Origin: a virus
Lineage: Duplodnaviria > Caudoviricetes
Reading direction: 5' to 3' (one strand)
Virus record (IMG/VR): IMGVR_UViG_3300006922_000151
Span: 1-26,285 of that record
Length of the DNA: 26,285 nucleotides
Of the stretch, positions 1 through 8,399 are shown in pieces. The position numbers and the translations under genes were made by a program. Under the pieces are notes generated by a model. It did not search any database. It was not told the DNA's origin and worked only from the letters and a program-made list of their open reading frames with translations. Within the stretch, counting starts at the first letter, position 1, and every line of letters begins with the position of its first letter.

Positions 1-16
1 ATTCAATTTATCCATA

Positions 17-304
17 ATGCATTTATACTATCCATTCCCTGATGAAGCAGCTGCTATTACAGCAAGTGAAGATATCTATGACTTAAATGCTCCTCCAAGA
101 AGTGAGCGTGTAACCTTATATGCTTTTGATTGGTTCCCTAACTCAGGTAACCCAACATATGTTCTTGCTTGGCAAGATGAGCCACAAACATTTAACACAG
201 GGGACATACTAGATGGAATTACAGCACTTACAGAAGAAGAAGCTATTGATGCTGGTTATCTATTAGGTGATGATCATAGTGGGATGCGTAATGCAGGAGG
301 TTAA
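17..304 (+). CDS. hypothetical acidic protein (95 aa)
   Basis: Clean ORF with protein-like composition, same orientation as the downstream cluster; no motif recognised. Confidence 0.7.
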   Translation: MHLYYPFPDEAAAITASEDIYDLNAPPRSERVTLYAFDWFPNSGNPTYVLAWQDEPQTFNTGDILDGITALTEEEAIDAGYLLGDDHSGMRNAGG

Positions 305-355
305 TTACTAGTTGATTTCATAAAAATTTAGTATATTATATGTATAAGATATATT

Positions 356-556
356 ATGCCAGCTAAAAAGACAACAAAGAGAAAGACTAAGTCTAAAGTA
401 AATGAGGCGGGTAATTATACTAAGCCTACAATGCGTAAGAACTTATTTAATAGAATCAAAGCAGGAAGTAAAGGTGGTAAACCTGGACAGTGGTCTGCTA
501 GAAAAGCTCAGATGTTAGCCAAGCAATATAAGGCTAAAGGTGGTGGTTATAAATAA
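356..556 (+). CDS. small Lys-rich basic protein, resembling the N-terminal half of DUF5872-type proteins
   Basis: NYTKP..R...KGGKPGQWSARKAQMLAKQYKAKGGGY matches my recollection of the DUF5872 N-terminal motif; very basic. Confidence 0.75.
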   Translation: MPAKKTTKRKTKSKVNEAGNYTKPTMRKNLFNRIKAGSKGGKPGQWSARKAQMLAKQYKAKGGGYK

Positions 557-561
557 TAGTT

Positions 562-834
562 ATGCCTTTAAAGAAGTCACAAAAGAGTCTTAAGAAATGG
601 GGAGACCAAAAGTGGATGACCTCTGGTACTCATGCCAATAAGAAAAAAGGCAAGAAGAAAGAAGTTAAATCTAAGGGTAAGAAAAGGTATTTACCTAAAG
701 CTGCTTGGGATGCTCTATCTCCATCGGAGAAAAGATCAACTAACCGAGCTAAAGCTAAGGGTAATAAGAAAGGTAAACAGTTTGTATCTCAACCAAAGAA
801 GGTTAAGAAAAAGACTGCAAAGTATAGAAAATAA
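562..834 (+). CDS. small Lys-rich basic protein, resembling the C-terminal half of DUF5872-type proteins
   Basis: SQKSLKKWGDQKW...RYLPKAAWDALS..EK......K..GKQFV resembles the DUF5872 C-terminal part (from recall); starts 5 nt after the previous stop. Confidence 0.75.
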   Translation: MPLKKSQKSLKKWGDQKWMTSGTHANKKKGKKKEVKSKGKKRYLPKAAWDALSPSEKRSTNRAKAKGNKKGKQFVSQPKKVKKKTAKYRK

Positions 835-846
835 AATTTAGAAATT

Positions 847-1080
847 ATGCCAGCTAAAAAAATAACTGCAGCTAAAAAGAAAGGTACAATGCCAAAGAGT
901 GTTGTTAATTATAAGAAAGGTGGATCAACAAGTACAAAGTCTATTAAAGCACCTGCAGGTTTTCATTGGATGAAAAGCGGATCAGGTTTTAAACTAATGA
1001 AACACTCAGGTAAATTTGTACCTCATAAAGGTGCATCTTTAACAGCTAAATTTCCTATTCAAAAGGTACATAAAAAGTAA
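847..1080 (+). CDS. small Lys-rich basic hypothetical protein
   Basis: 77 aa, starts MPAKK, contains no Asp/Glu; TAATG overlap with the next ORF. Confidence 0.75.
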   Translation: MPAKKITAAKKKGTMPKSVVNYKKGGSTSTKSIKAPAGFHWMKSGSGFKLMKHSGKFVPHKGASLTAKFPIQKVHKK

Positions 1081-1370
1081 TGCCTACTAAAAAAGATTCA
1101 AGATTAGCAAAAGCTGGTGTATCAGGTTACAATAAACCCAAGCGTACACCTAGCCATCCTACTAAGTCACATGTAGTTGTAGCTAAGGACGGTGATAAGA
1201 TTAAGACTATACGTTTTGGTCAGCAAGGTGCTAAGACTGCGGGCAAACCTAAAGCAGGTGAATCATCCAGAATGAAAAAGAAACGTTCTAGTTTTAAAGC
1301 TAGGCATGCTAAGAATATCAAGAAAGGTAAGATGTCTGCAGCATACTGGGCTGATAAAGTTAAGTGGTAA
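1080..1370 (+). CDS. small basic viral protein (RFG...RH...AAYW motif; possibly DUF5754-like)
   Basis: KSHVVVAK..KTIRFGQQG...SFKARH...SAAYWADKVKW pattern of small basic viral proteins; family name from memory, unverified. Confidence 0.75.
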   Translation: MPTKKDSRLAKAGVSGYNKPKRTPSHPTKSHVVVAKDGDKIKTIRFGQQGAKTAGKPKAGESSRMKKKRSSFKARHAKNIKKGKMSAAYWADKVKW

Positions 1371-1400
1371 AAAGAAGGGGCTAGTTAAAGCCCCTTTCTT
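1371..1400. terminator. bidirectional intrinsic terminator between convergent gene blocks
   Basis: Stem AAGGGGCT (1375-1382)/AGCCCCTT (1389-1396), 6-nt loop, A-rich left flank and T-rich right flank, located at the +/- junction. Confidence 0.8.
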
Positions 1401-1411
1401 ATTTGGTTTTA

Positions 1412-1492
1412 TCAATTACCACAGTCTTCAGACTTTAACACAAGCCTGACTACAAGTATAGCAGCTAATATAATTAATATCCCTTTAAACAT
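1412..1492 (-). CDS. small hydrophobic peptide (26 aa, MFKGILIILAAILVVRLVLKSEDCGN)
   Basis: Read manually (absent from the ORF track); ATG 2 nt after the upstream TGA; single TM-like segment; fills the gap before the terminator. Confidence 0.5.
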   Translation of the reverse strand: MFKGILIILAAILVVRLVLKSEDCGN

Positions 1493-1494
1493 TA

Positions 1495-2316
1495 TCAAAA
1501 GTCAAAAGAAATTGTTAACTGATTATCCTCCTCCATCTCAAGATCTACAATATCTAATAAAGCATCACTTTTCTTTATGCCCATTTGACCAAGTACATCA
1601 TTAACCATAAACTTATGGAACTTCTGGCTATCACTTAACCAACTACGTGGATGAGTTTTCTTTAGGGCATGTGTAACATGATTATAGAAAGCCCAAGCAT
1701 TATCTTGATCAGCTTGATAATCATAAGAAGGTTTCTTTATCTCCTGCTTAACTATACTTATCTGATTAAGATCTAATATATCTTTATCACAATATAAGCG
1801 TCCAACCAACTCAGACTGTTCTTTAATAGATAGATCAGTTTTTCTAAAAGAATCACGATCAGCTATGATCTGACCAAAGTGCTTATCTACACTACCCAGC
1901 TGTTTATTTATCTGCTCAGTAATATCATAGTCAGCAGATCCTGTATGCTTACGGGCAAAACTCATTTCACCTGCTACCATTCCATTGTTACATACCATAA
2001 CATATGCGCCAACTGCACACTGAAATCTAACAGACTTATCATAAGAGTTTGTCCAGCCAAACATCATCCCTAACTCCTTATCAGTAGTTCCGTCATTTGA
2101 TAAAGGAGATATGTGATAGACACCTTGTGCAACCTTTGCGTCAACGTTTGCTCTATAGAGCTCCCTATCAACTTTTAAACCCAAGTCATTAAATAACTTT
2201 TGGGTTGTATTTATAATGTCACTATGTGACACAACTGTATATGAGCCACCATGATTAGGTAATGGTGCGCTCTCTAAATACGTTCTTGTTGTTTCTTGTG
2301 GTCTTTTATAACCCAT
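1495..2316 (-). CDS. DUF932/DUF3871-like phage protein
   Basis: Y.VVSH..II, G..NSYD.S..F..AVGAYV.VC.NGM and RKHTG motifs typical of DUF932-like proteins. Confidence 0.7.
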   Translation of the reverse strand: MGYKRPQETTRTYLESAPLPNHGGSYTVVSHSDIINTTQKLFNDLGLKVDRELYRANVDAKVAQGVYHISPLSNDGTTDKELGMMFGWTNSYDKSVRFQCAVGAYVMVCNNGMVAGEMSFARKHTGSADYDITEQINKQLGSVDKHFGQIIADRDSFRKTDLSIKEQSELVGRLYCDKDILDLNQISIVKQEIKKPSYDYQADQDNAWAFYNHVTHALKKTHPRSWLSDSQKFHKFMVNDVLGQMGIKKSDALLDIVDLEMEEDNQLTISFDF

Positions 2317-2356
2317 AATAAAATTTTAATAAATATAGTAATAGTTACTGAGTCAG

Positions 2357-3190
2357 TTAAAATATATATCTAATTGTTTCCACAGGGAAATATTTTGTGT
2401 ATATATCTTTGAACTCATTTAGTAATCTAGACTTATGCTGAAGAGGATATCTCATTATCCCTTTGGAGTTTTTAACTTCGCGGGAATACTTCATTATCTC
2501 TCTAGCCTTATCTGTAGTTTTAACCATTTGATTTTTATGATTAGTTAAAGCAATAACCTCGCATTTATTAACACCAACCTGTTCTTTAACCTGCGCAAAC
2601 AAATTATCATACTCTTCTTTCCATCCTGGATAAAAGATTAATGGACTATAATTTATATGCACCTCCCAACCTAGAGTCTTCAGTCTATTTATATCAGGGA
2701 TTCTTTTATGAATCTTCTGCATGCCTGGCTCAAGTATATTAGAATACTCTTGTGGCATTAGACTAACACGCACTCTTGGTGGCTTGTTAAAATGATTTAC
2801 ATCTAGTTTAAGCTGACCTGGGAACTTAGTTGCCATTGTAGCTTTTAACTGTGGGTGATCATCATAACGTTTTATATAATCTATCAAAGGCTCAGGCATA
2901 TACTTCTGCATCCTGACAAGATCTGTGTTACATGCAATGTCTACCATTGTATAAACTGGGTCTTGTTGATCAGGGACTTTAGTAAAAGACTTTTCCCATT
3001 CAACTACAGAATTAAATATATCATCAACGTTCTTGTTGACAAACACTCTAGTGCCATTGTACCTAGACATATAACAATAAGTGTTAACGCACCCTCCAAA
3101 GCAACCATAGATTACATTTGGAGCGATGCAGTTAGCACTATTGTTATTGTCCTTGGTAACTAATGTTTTAGTTTCCTGGACCTTAACCAT
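2357..3190 (-). CDS. splB: spore photoproduct lyase-like radical SAM protein
   Basis: SANCIAPNVIYGCFGGCVNTYCY cluster motif ending in YCY; DIACNTD aligns with the SPL H-donor Cys segment; ATK, RVRVSLMP and VHINYSPLI also SPL-like. Confidence 0.8.
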   Translation of the reverse strand: MVKVQETKTLVTKDNNNSANCIAPNVIYGCFGGCVNTYCYMSRYNGTRVFVNKNVDDIFNSVVEWEKSFTKVPDQQDPVYTMVDIACNTDLVRMQKYMPEPLIDYIKRYDDHPQLKATMATKFPGQLKLDVNHFNKPPRVRVSLMPQEYSNILEPGMQKIHKRIPDINRLKTLGWEVHINYSPLIFYPGWKEEYDNLFAQVKEQVGVNKCEVIALTNHKNQMVKTTDKAREIMKYSREVKNSKGIMRYPLQHKSRLLNEFKDIYTKYFPVETIRYIF

Positions 3191-5187
3191 TAAAATAATT
3201 TTAATTGATTGATTGGCTTAGCAAGAATATTATTTATCTCTTGCTCTATAGCATTAATATAGTAAGCTTCATCAACATCATACTGCTCCCACCTGGGTTT
3301 GATATCAATCTTATTAAAGATGGTTTGCATCCACCTACCGGCTTCAAGCTGAACCTCACGATTATCCTTTTGATTAACCTTGACTATCTTGATGCCACTC
3401 TTAGAGATATAATATCTATTGATCTTCTGCAGTTTGTCTTCTTTATAAAGACCCTTCTCCAAAGACCGAGCCATCTGCATCCAATCACCCTTAGACTTAC
3501 CACCTATACAATAGTCTAAAATATTTCTATTGTTCTTAAGGAAGTCTCTGGGTAATATATTATGCACAAAGTAATGATATATAGCCTTCTTAATAATAAG
3601 CTTAGACTTATTCTTATGGAGCTGTAAATTATGAAAGTCAAATCTACCTTTCATCTTAGCAGGTGCATGCAAGAACTTACCATCCTTTATCTTAAATAGA
3701 TAGTGTGGGTTTTTCTTCTTAATATCCCGCCATGTAGTCATATCAGTTTCTTTATATCCAAGGACACCGATATAATTATTTACATCACCTATTATAAGCT
3801 TCTCATATTGATCATGTTCAAGGTTAAGATTAGTAATCTCTTCCCACTCTTTGCAGATATCCATGTACTCATCAATATACTTACGAGGGATAATAGTCTC
3901 TATACCATCTGTATTCTGCATAAGCGCAGTAGAATTTGGTATACGTTCCATTATCATTTCATAGAGCATCATTAGAGTAAGCTGACCATTAATTGTGATT
4001 TTCATACACAGCTCAGGGTCATAGAAAAAACTATTCTTATCATTACTAAGCCCGAAGGTTGAGTTAAGAATAATCTTATAGACATAGTTCATAGGATTAC
4101 TCTTAGGTATCTTCTTTCTTTCTTTGAAGAACCACTCATACTGATCACAGAATTCATCCTCTGGAAAATGACCTGGAGAAAATCTATTCTTGATGGCTAA
4201 GTTAGGATAGAAGCTTGTAACATCTGAAGACATAATAACATACTCATCATCACTCTCAAATATTCCACTTCTTCTAGCACCATGCACACCACCTAAACCA
4301 AAGTGAGTGACTACATCTTTGTACTCCATTTTATACTTAAGCCCACCCCTAAGATTGTCAGTCATTATCTCAGCAGCCTTAAACCTTTCATGAAGTAACT
4401 TAAATTCAGGTACATTAAACTTAACATATGGAAGTATAATATCTTTGAACTTAACCACTCTTCTAAAGGTCCTAAGCTTTTTAATTTGAGACTTACTCTT
4501 GCCAAGTTTATCTGAAAGATAATAAGCAAATAACTCCTTGCTTATCCTGGGCTCTGAGGCACTAAACAAATTAATACCATAGGTTTTAGTTAGCTCCTTT
4601 CTTAGTGCTATCTGTGACTTTGATCTATTAAATATTTCCTTAGTTGACCTAACATCATTTATACAGTACGTTGTTATCATCTCAATCTGCTCTGGAGTTT
4701 CAATCTGTGTAGAGTGATGGAGAGGCATATCAATCATGTCATCCCAATCCATACTATACTGAATCCACTTTAGACTAGATCTCTTGGCCGGGTTATCCCA
4801 ATGATGCATTTTAAATATATCAATCTGCCCAATCTTAATTTTCCAATGAGGATAATCCAAGAACTGACCCGCATTACTTTTCTGTATGCAAGAGGTAGCA
4901 TACTGATATATCATGCTTGCTATTTGATCTGCATCTTCTATATCCCAAGAAGAACAGTTATCAAGAATATACTGAGTAACCTGAGCATCAAACGCTAAAC
5001 CATTATAGGATATGTGCCATTCCTTATTCTTAATGTTATCACCAAGAAATAATAGGAATGCCTTGAAGTCATTCTGAGATTTATGTACGGTAAATACTTT
5101 TCTCTCAGATGTTTTATAGTGCTCAAACACTGCTATGAAGCAATTGTTGAGCGTCTCATAATCCATTATCCAATGATTCATACGCAT
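3190..5187 (-). CDS. family B DNA polymerase with 3'-5' exonuclease domain
   Basis: Exo motifs DYET, YNGLAFD, YCINDV; polymerase motifs DVTSFYPN (A), KIILNSTFG (B), NTDGI (C). Confidence 0.93.
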   Translation of the reverse strand: MRMNHWIMDYETLNNCFIAVFEHYKTSERKVFTVHKSQNDFKAFLLFLGDNIKNKEWHISYNGLAFDAQVTQYILDNCSSWDIEDADQIASMIYQYATSCIQKSNAGQFLDYPHWKIKIGQIDIFKMHHWDNPAKRSSLKWIQYSMDWDDMIDMPLHHSTQIETPEQIEMITTYCINDVRSTKEIFNRSKSQIALRKELTKTYGINLFSASEPRISKELFAYYLSDKLGKSKSQIKKLRTFRRVVKFKDIILPYVKFNVPEFKLLHERFKAAEIMTDNLRGGLKYKMEYKDVVTHFGLGGVHGARRSGIFESDDEYVIMSSDVTSFYPNLAIKNRFSPGHFPEDEFCDQYEWFFKERKKIPKSNPMNYVYKIILNSTFGLSNDKNSFFYDPELCMKITINGQLTLMMLYEMIMERIPNSTALMQNTDGIETIIPRKYIDEYMDICKEWEEITNLNLEHDQYEKLIIGDVNNYIGVLGYKETDMTTWRDIKKKNPHYLFKIKDGKFLHAPAKMKGRFDFHNLQLHKNKSKLIIKKAIYHYFVHNILPRDFLKNNRNILDYCIGGKSKGDWMQMARSLEKGLYKEDKLQKINRYYISKSGIKIVKVNQKDNREVQLEAGRWMQTIFNKIDIKPRWEQYDVDEAYYINAIEQEINNILAKPINQLKLF

Positions 5188-5193
5188 ATATTT

Positions 5194-5223
5194 AAAAAAA
5201 AAGAGGAGCTAATGCCCCTCTTT
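5194..5223 (-). terminator. intrinsic terminator upstream of the polymerase gene
   Basis: Minus strand GAGGGGC-ATTA-GCTCCTC (one G.U pair) followed by a run of about 9 T. Confidence 0.75.
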
Positions 5224-5245
5224 CTAAACTCATTATATATACATA

Positions 5246-5674
5246 TTAGCCCATAGTAATTATAGGACTCTTTTCGGTAGCTTCTACATCTACCATGTAC
5301 TGTGAGAAGTCAAAGGACTCAGCATTCACAGCAAATATATTGATAAAATCACTTATCTCTTGCTTGTCAGTAAGATAAAACTCAGAGAAAGTATCAACAA
5401 GTCTTCTTTCCTCACGGACAGTCTTGCCTCCTTCTCTTGGTGTACCCTTTACTCTTAATGGATCACCATTGTCATCAAGCTTTGGGATCATGTGATAAGA
5501 TTGCTTCATTACCTTGCTAATAACAGCAAGAATTCCTGAAGAAGGATCATACATAGCTTCAACATACGGAGACTCCGGAGTAGCTGGAACTAAATTAAAA
5601 GATTTTGCTCCTCTAAATGATGAGGAAACTATTAACATATTTTTACCAATTGTCATACTAAATAATTTGTACAC
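5246..5674 (-). CDS. hypothetical protein (start may be the ATG at 5656)
   Basis: Full ORF in operon orientation; the track start is GTG, and the ATG at 5656 has an A/T-rich leader. Confidence 0.75.
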   Translation of the reverse strand: MYKLFSMTIGKNMLIVSSSFRGAKSFNLVPATPESPYVEAMYDPSSGILAVISKVMKQSYHMIPKLDDNGDPLRVKGTPREGGKTVREERRLVDTFSEFYLTDKQEISDFINIFAVNAESFDFSQYMVDVEATEKSPIITMG

Positions 5675-5686
5675 GTAAATATAATA

Positions 5687-6241
5687 CTATTTGACTAAAT
5701 TTAAAGGGAAGGGAATATTTTCTTCACAACATTCCAAACTCATATCAGGTGGTGTACACACCTCATGCGCCTTTTTAATTACATCAATATCAACATCAAG
5801 ATACTCTGCATATTTATCATGGACCTCTTCTGGAAAAAGAAATCCTAATACACACTGAGCTATCTGACCATCATCACCAAAAAAATTAAGAATAATTTCC
5901 ATGGTGTCATCACTAAGTTTAGAGTACTTACCCTGCAAAAACAAATCTATATCATTCTTATAAGAGGATAGATCAAAAGCATACAACATATGCTCCTTAT
6001 CAATCTCATGAAAGTCATGATAATGCTTGTTAGAGAATATAACCCTCTCCTCAAACTTTCTGAACTCCGGTGAGTCCTCTACTATATAAGAACAGATTAA
6101 CTTATAGTCTCCTGTATTATATAAAGTATCCCAACACATATAAGTATTCTCAGGAACAAAGTCTATACCTTTCTTTATTCCCAGTAAAGGATAGATAAAT
6201 ACTTTGCTCTTCTGAAAATACTTTGTGTATACCCCACGCAT
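5687..6241 (-). CDS. hypothetical phage protein
   Basis: 184 aa ORF coupled to the nuclease gene by TAATG overlap; no motif recognised. Confidence 0.75.
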   Translation of the reverse strand: MRGVYTKYFQKSKVFIYPLLGIKKGIDFVPENTYMCWDTLYNTGDYKLICSYIVEDSPEFRKFEERVIFSNKHYHDFHEIDKEHMLYAFDLSSYKNDIDLFLQGKYSKLSDDTMEIILNFFGDDGQIAQCVLGFLFPEEVHDKYAEYLDVDIDVIKKAHEVCTPPDMSLECCEENIPFPLNLVK

Positions 6242-7227
6242 TATAATACTACTTTATCTTCCAGAAACTGATATGGGAGTGAATAGTTTTTGTTAGAGTA
6301 ATGATATTGTGCAATGTTGAGAGTTTCAAATAGGCTTTCCATCCAGTTTGTTATAGTCTTATCAGATACATCAAATACATATACTTGATCATACTTATCA
6401 ATAACTACAAACTTAAAAGTAATTTTATAACTGTCACGGTCTTCAGACAGGTTTTCATAAACAAGTTTACAATACATTGCTGCTTGTAACCAATAATTAT
6501 AGAAGTCTACAGTCTCAGCAAAGTCAGCAATTGTTTTACCCGTGGTCTTGAGATCACAGATAGTAACTTGTTTAGCTTCCTCATCTATAGAGTAATAATC
6601 TACAAAACCTTTAAGTCCAAAGTTTCTATCATGTAACCCGCATTCAAGATATGCTTCTGCATGTGTAGTAATAGAGTCTAACTCAAAGTCTGTTTCTTCT
6701 TTAGTAAATAAAGACATCACATCTTTGTTAGACTTAATCAACTCAACTCTATCCTTACATCTCTGTAGGGTATCCATATCAACAACATCTGCCTTAGTGT
6801 TCTTAATGAACTGCCAATAAGCTTCATTGTCTTCTGTCTGGATCTTAGCCAGCCTTTTCTCATCTTCTTTAAAAGATTGATAAAGGTTTGCAATCTTAAG
6901 TGCATCTAGAATATAAACATTGCTATTTACATTTAGCAGGTCACCTCTTATTTTGTCTTTTAAATAGTACAAAACCTTCTTAATGCTATCTGTAGGTGTC
7001 TTGCCCGGCATAACGCTGAACTTTTCCTCTAAATTTTGTGGTTCAAATAAGAGACAGTGTATAAGCTTACCCTCTACAAGGTGCTTATCTAATCTCTCTT
7101 CTCTGTCCTTTAGTATATAGTCTTTATAAAAAAGACTTGGGGAGAATAATAATTTGTTTAACGATGAGTAACTAAACTTAAACGGTTTAGAATAGAACTC
7201 TTTTTCTTTCTGATTATTTCTTTGCAT
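6241..7227 (-). CDS. PD-(D/E)XK exonuclease (RecE/PDDEXK_1-like)
   Basis: SYSSL, G.LIH, LKGFVD, ICDLKTT and YWLQAAMY motifs. Confidence 0.85.
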   Translation of the reverse strand: MQRNNQKEKEFYSKPFKFSYSSLNKLLFSPSLFYKDYILKDREERLDKHLVEGKLIHCLLFEPQNLEEKFSVMPGKTPTDSIKKVLYYLKDKIRGDLLNVNSNVYILDALKIANLYQSFKEDEKRLAKIQTEDNEAYWQFIKNTKADVVDMDTLQRCKDRVELIKSNKDVMSLFTKEETDFELDSITTHAEAYLECGLHDRNFGLKGFVDYYSIDEEAKQVTICDLKTTGKTIADFAETVDFYNYWLQAAMYCKLVYENLSEDRDSYKITFKFVVIDKYDQVYVFDVSDKTITNWMESLFETLNIAQYHYSNKNYSLPYQFLEDKVVL

Positions 7228-7243
7228 AATAAAAGTTTAAGAT

Positions 7244-7267
7244 GGGGTGCAGCTTTCGCCACACCCC
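7244..7267 (-). terminator. GC-rich hairpin with GAAA tetraloop (weak terminator or processing/stability element)
   Basis: Minus strand GGGGTGTGGC-GAAA-GCTGCACCCC, 10-bp stem with G.U pairs; U-tract is poor. Confidence 0.55.
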
Positions 7268-7283
7268 TACCAATCATAGCATC

Positions 7284-8399
7284 TTAAAATGGAAATTGCA
7301 TTCTTGCATCAAGCATGGCATTACCATACTCAACCATTTCCTTCTCTGTGAACTCCTTTGCATACTTAGGAGCTAACATTAAATCACTTTCCTTAATATG
7401 AAACGGCATTGTATACTTGCCTGTATCTGGATCATCATCAAAGAATCTATTGAGAAATCTTTGGAAGATTAAGTGTCTAACTTTCCTAACAGCAAAGCTA
7501 GTCATTGCACCCTTAGATAATAAGACATCAAAGAATTTATTATAACCATGTGCATAATCATCCAGTTGCATATTAAATGCAGAGAAAGTAGATCTCATTG
7601 CTTTAACACCAACAGAGTTCCAAGCTTTACACCTACACAAAGCACTATGATTTGTCACAAGTAATAAAGCAATCTTATCTATAGACTCAGTATAATTACT
7701 ATTAGCCATAACATTCAATGCCATACTAACATCATCCTCATTTCTTGTACGAATCATCTCCTCTAGATTATCAAACATCTCTTCTGTAATAGTAGGAGAC
7801 TCCCTACTAATTATATTATTAATGTTTTCATCTAGTACAAGATTACCACAGCTAAGTAATGTATATGCATTTTTATTCATGAATGATGAATGGTACCTTT
7901 GTTCTAACATAGGAGTAACTGTTATCTCATAATTTCTATGCCAACCATAACCCTTATACTCAAACAATACAAGCTCATGATCATTTATAGCAGCTCTTAC
8001 ATCAGATAAATCTATAGTCTGCTTATGCATATCAGCTAGCACACTTTCAACCGTATAGACTCTAGGACGATAACCAAGCTGATTTACCTTAGAGTTAATA
8101 TACTTCTGAGACACAACAAGATAGTCAGCTTTATGGTAATCTCTTGTAACAGAGATTCCATAATCTTGTTTAATGCTACTTATTTTATCTCTTGATAGAT
8201 TAATCTTTGGATATCTATATAAGGTTTTACCCTTTAGAGAATTACTATCTAGTTTATTAAAGATTATACCCGTTTCACGGCTAAAACTTTCCATAGAGTT
8301 TCTATCCATATTATAATCAAAAATATAACCATCTGTAATAGATACAACATGACCACCATCTTTCTGACTATCAATCAGTACTTTTAACGCTTTCTTCAT
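7284..8399 (-). CDS. BRCT-like domain protein, paralog of 8371-9456
   Basis: LKGKTLYRYPKINLSRDKI..IKQDYGISVTRDYHKADYLVVS fits the BRCT b1-a1-b2-b3 pattern; shares an ED.V.MA..I/M.N..Y block with the neighbouring ORF. Confidence 0.6.
   Translation of the reverse strand: MKKALKVLIDSQKDGGHVVSITDGYIFDYNMDRNSMESFSRETGIIFNKLDSNSLKGKTLYRYPKINLSRDKISSIKQDYGISVTRDYHKADYLVVSQKYINSKVNQLGYRPRVYTVESVLADMHKQTIDLSDVRAAINDHELVLFEYKGYGWHRNYEITVTPMLEQRYHSSFMNKNAYTLLSCGNLVLDENINNIISRESPTITEEMFDNLEEMIRTRNEDDVSMALNVMANSNYTESIDKIALLLVTNHSALCRCKAWNSVGVKAMRSTFSAFNMQLDDYAHGYNKFFDVLLSKGAMTSFAVRKVRHLIFQRFLNRFFDDDPDTGKYTMPFHIKESDLMLAPKYAKEFTEKEMVEYGNAMLDARMQFPF

Noticed and set aside
632-841. 69 aa alternative-frame ORF
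   Set aside because: Almost entirely overlaps 562-834, which carries the recognisable motifs.
3190-5187. Intron or intein in the DNA polymerase (or in DnaB)
   Set aside because: Both ORFs are continuous with normal motif spacing; no intein C/S...HN ends or embedded homing endonuclease seen.
6241-7227. Cas4 / CRISPR-associated nuclease
   Set aside because: Lacks the four-Cys Fe-S arrangement of Cas4; context fits a phage recombination exonuclease.
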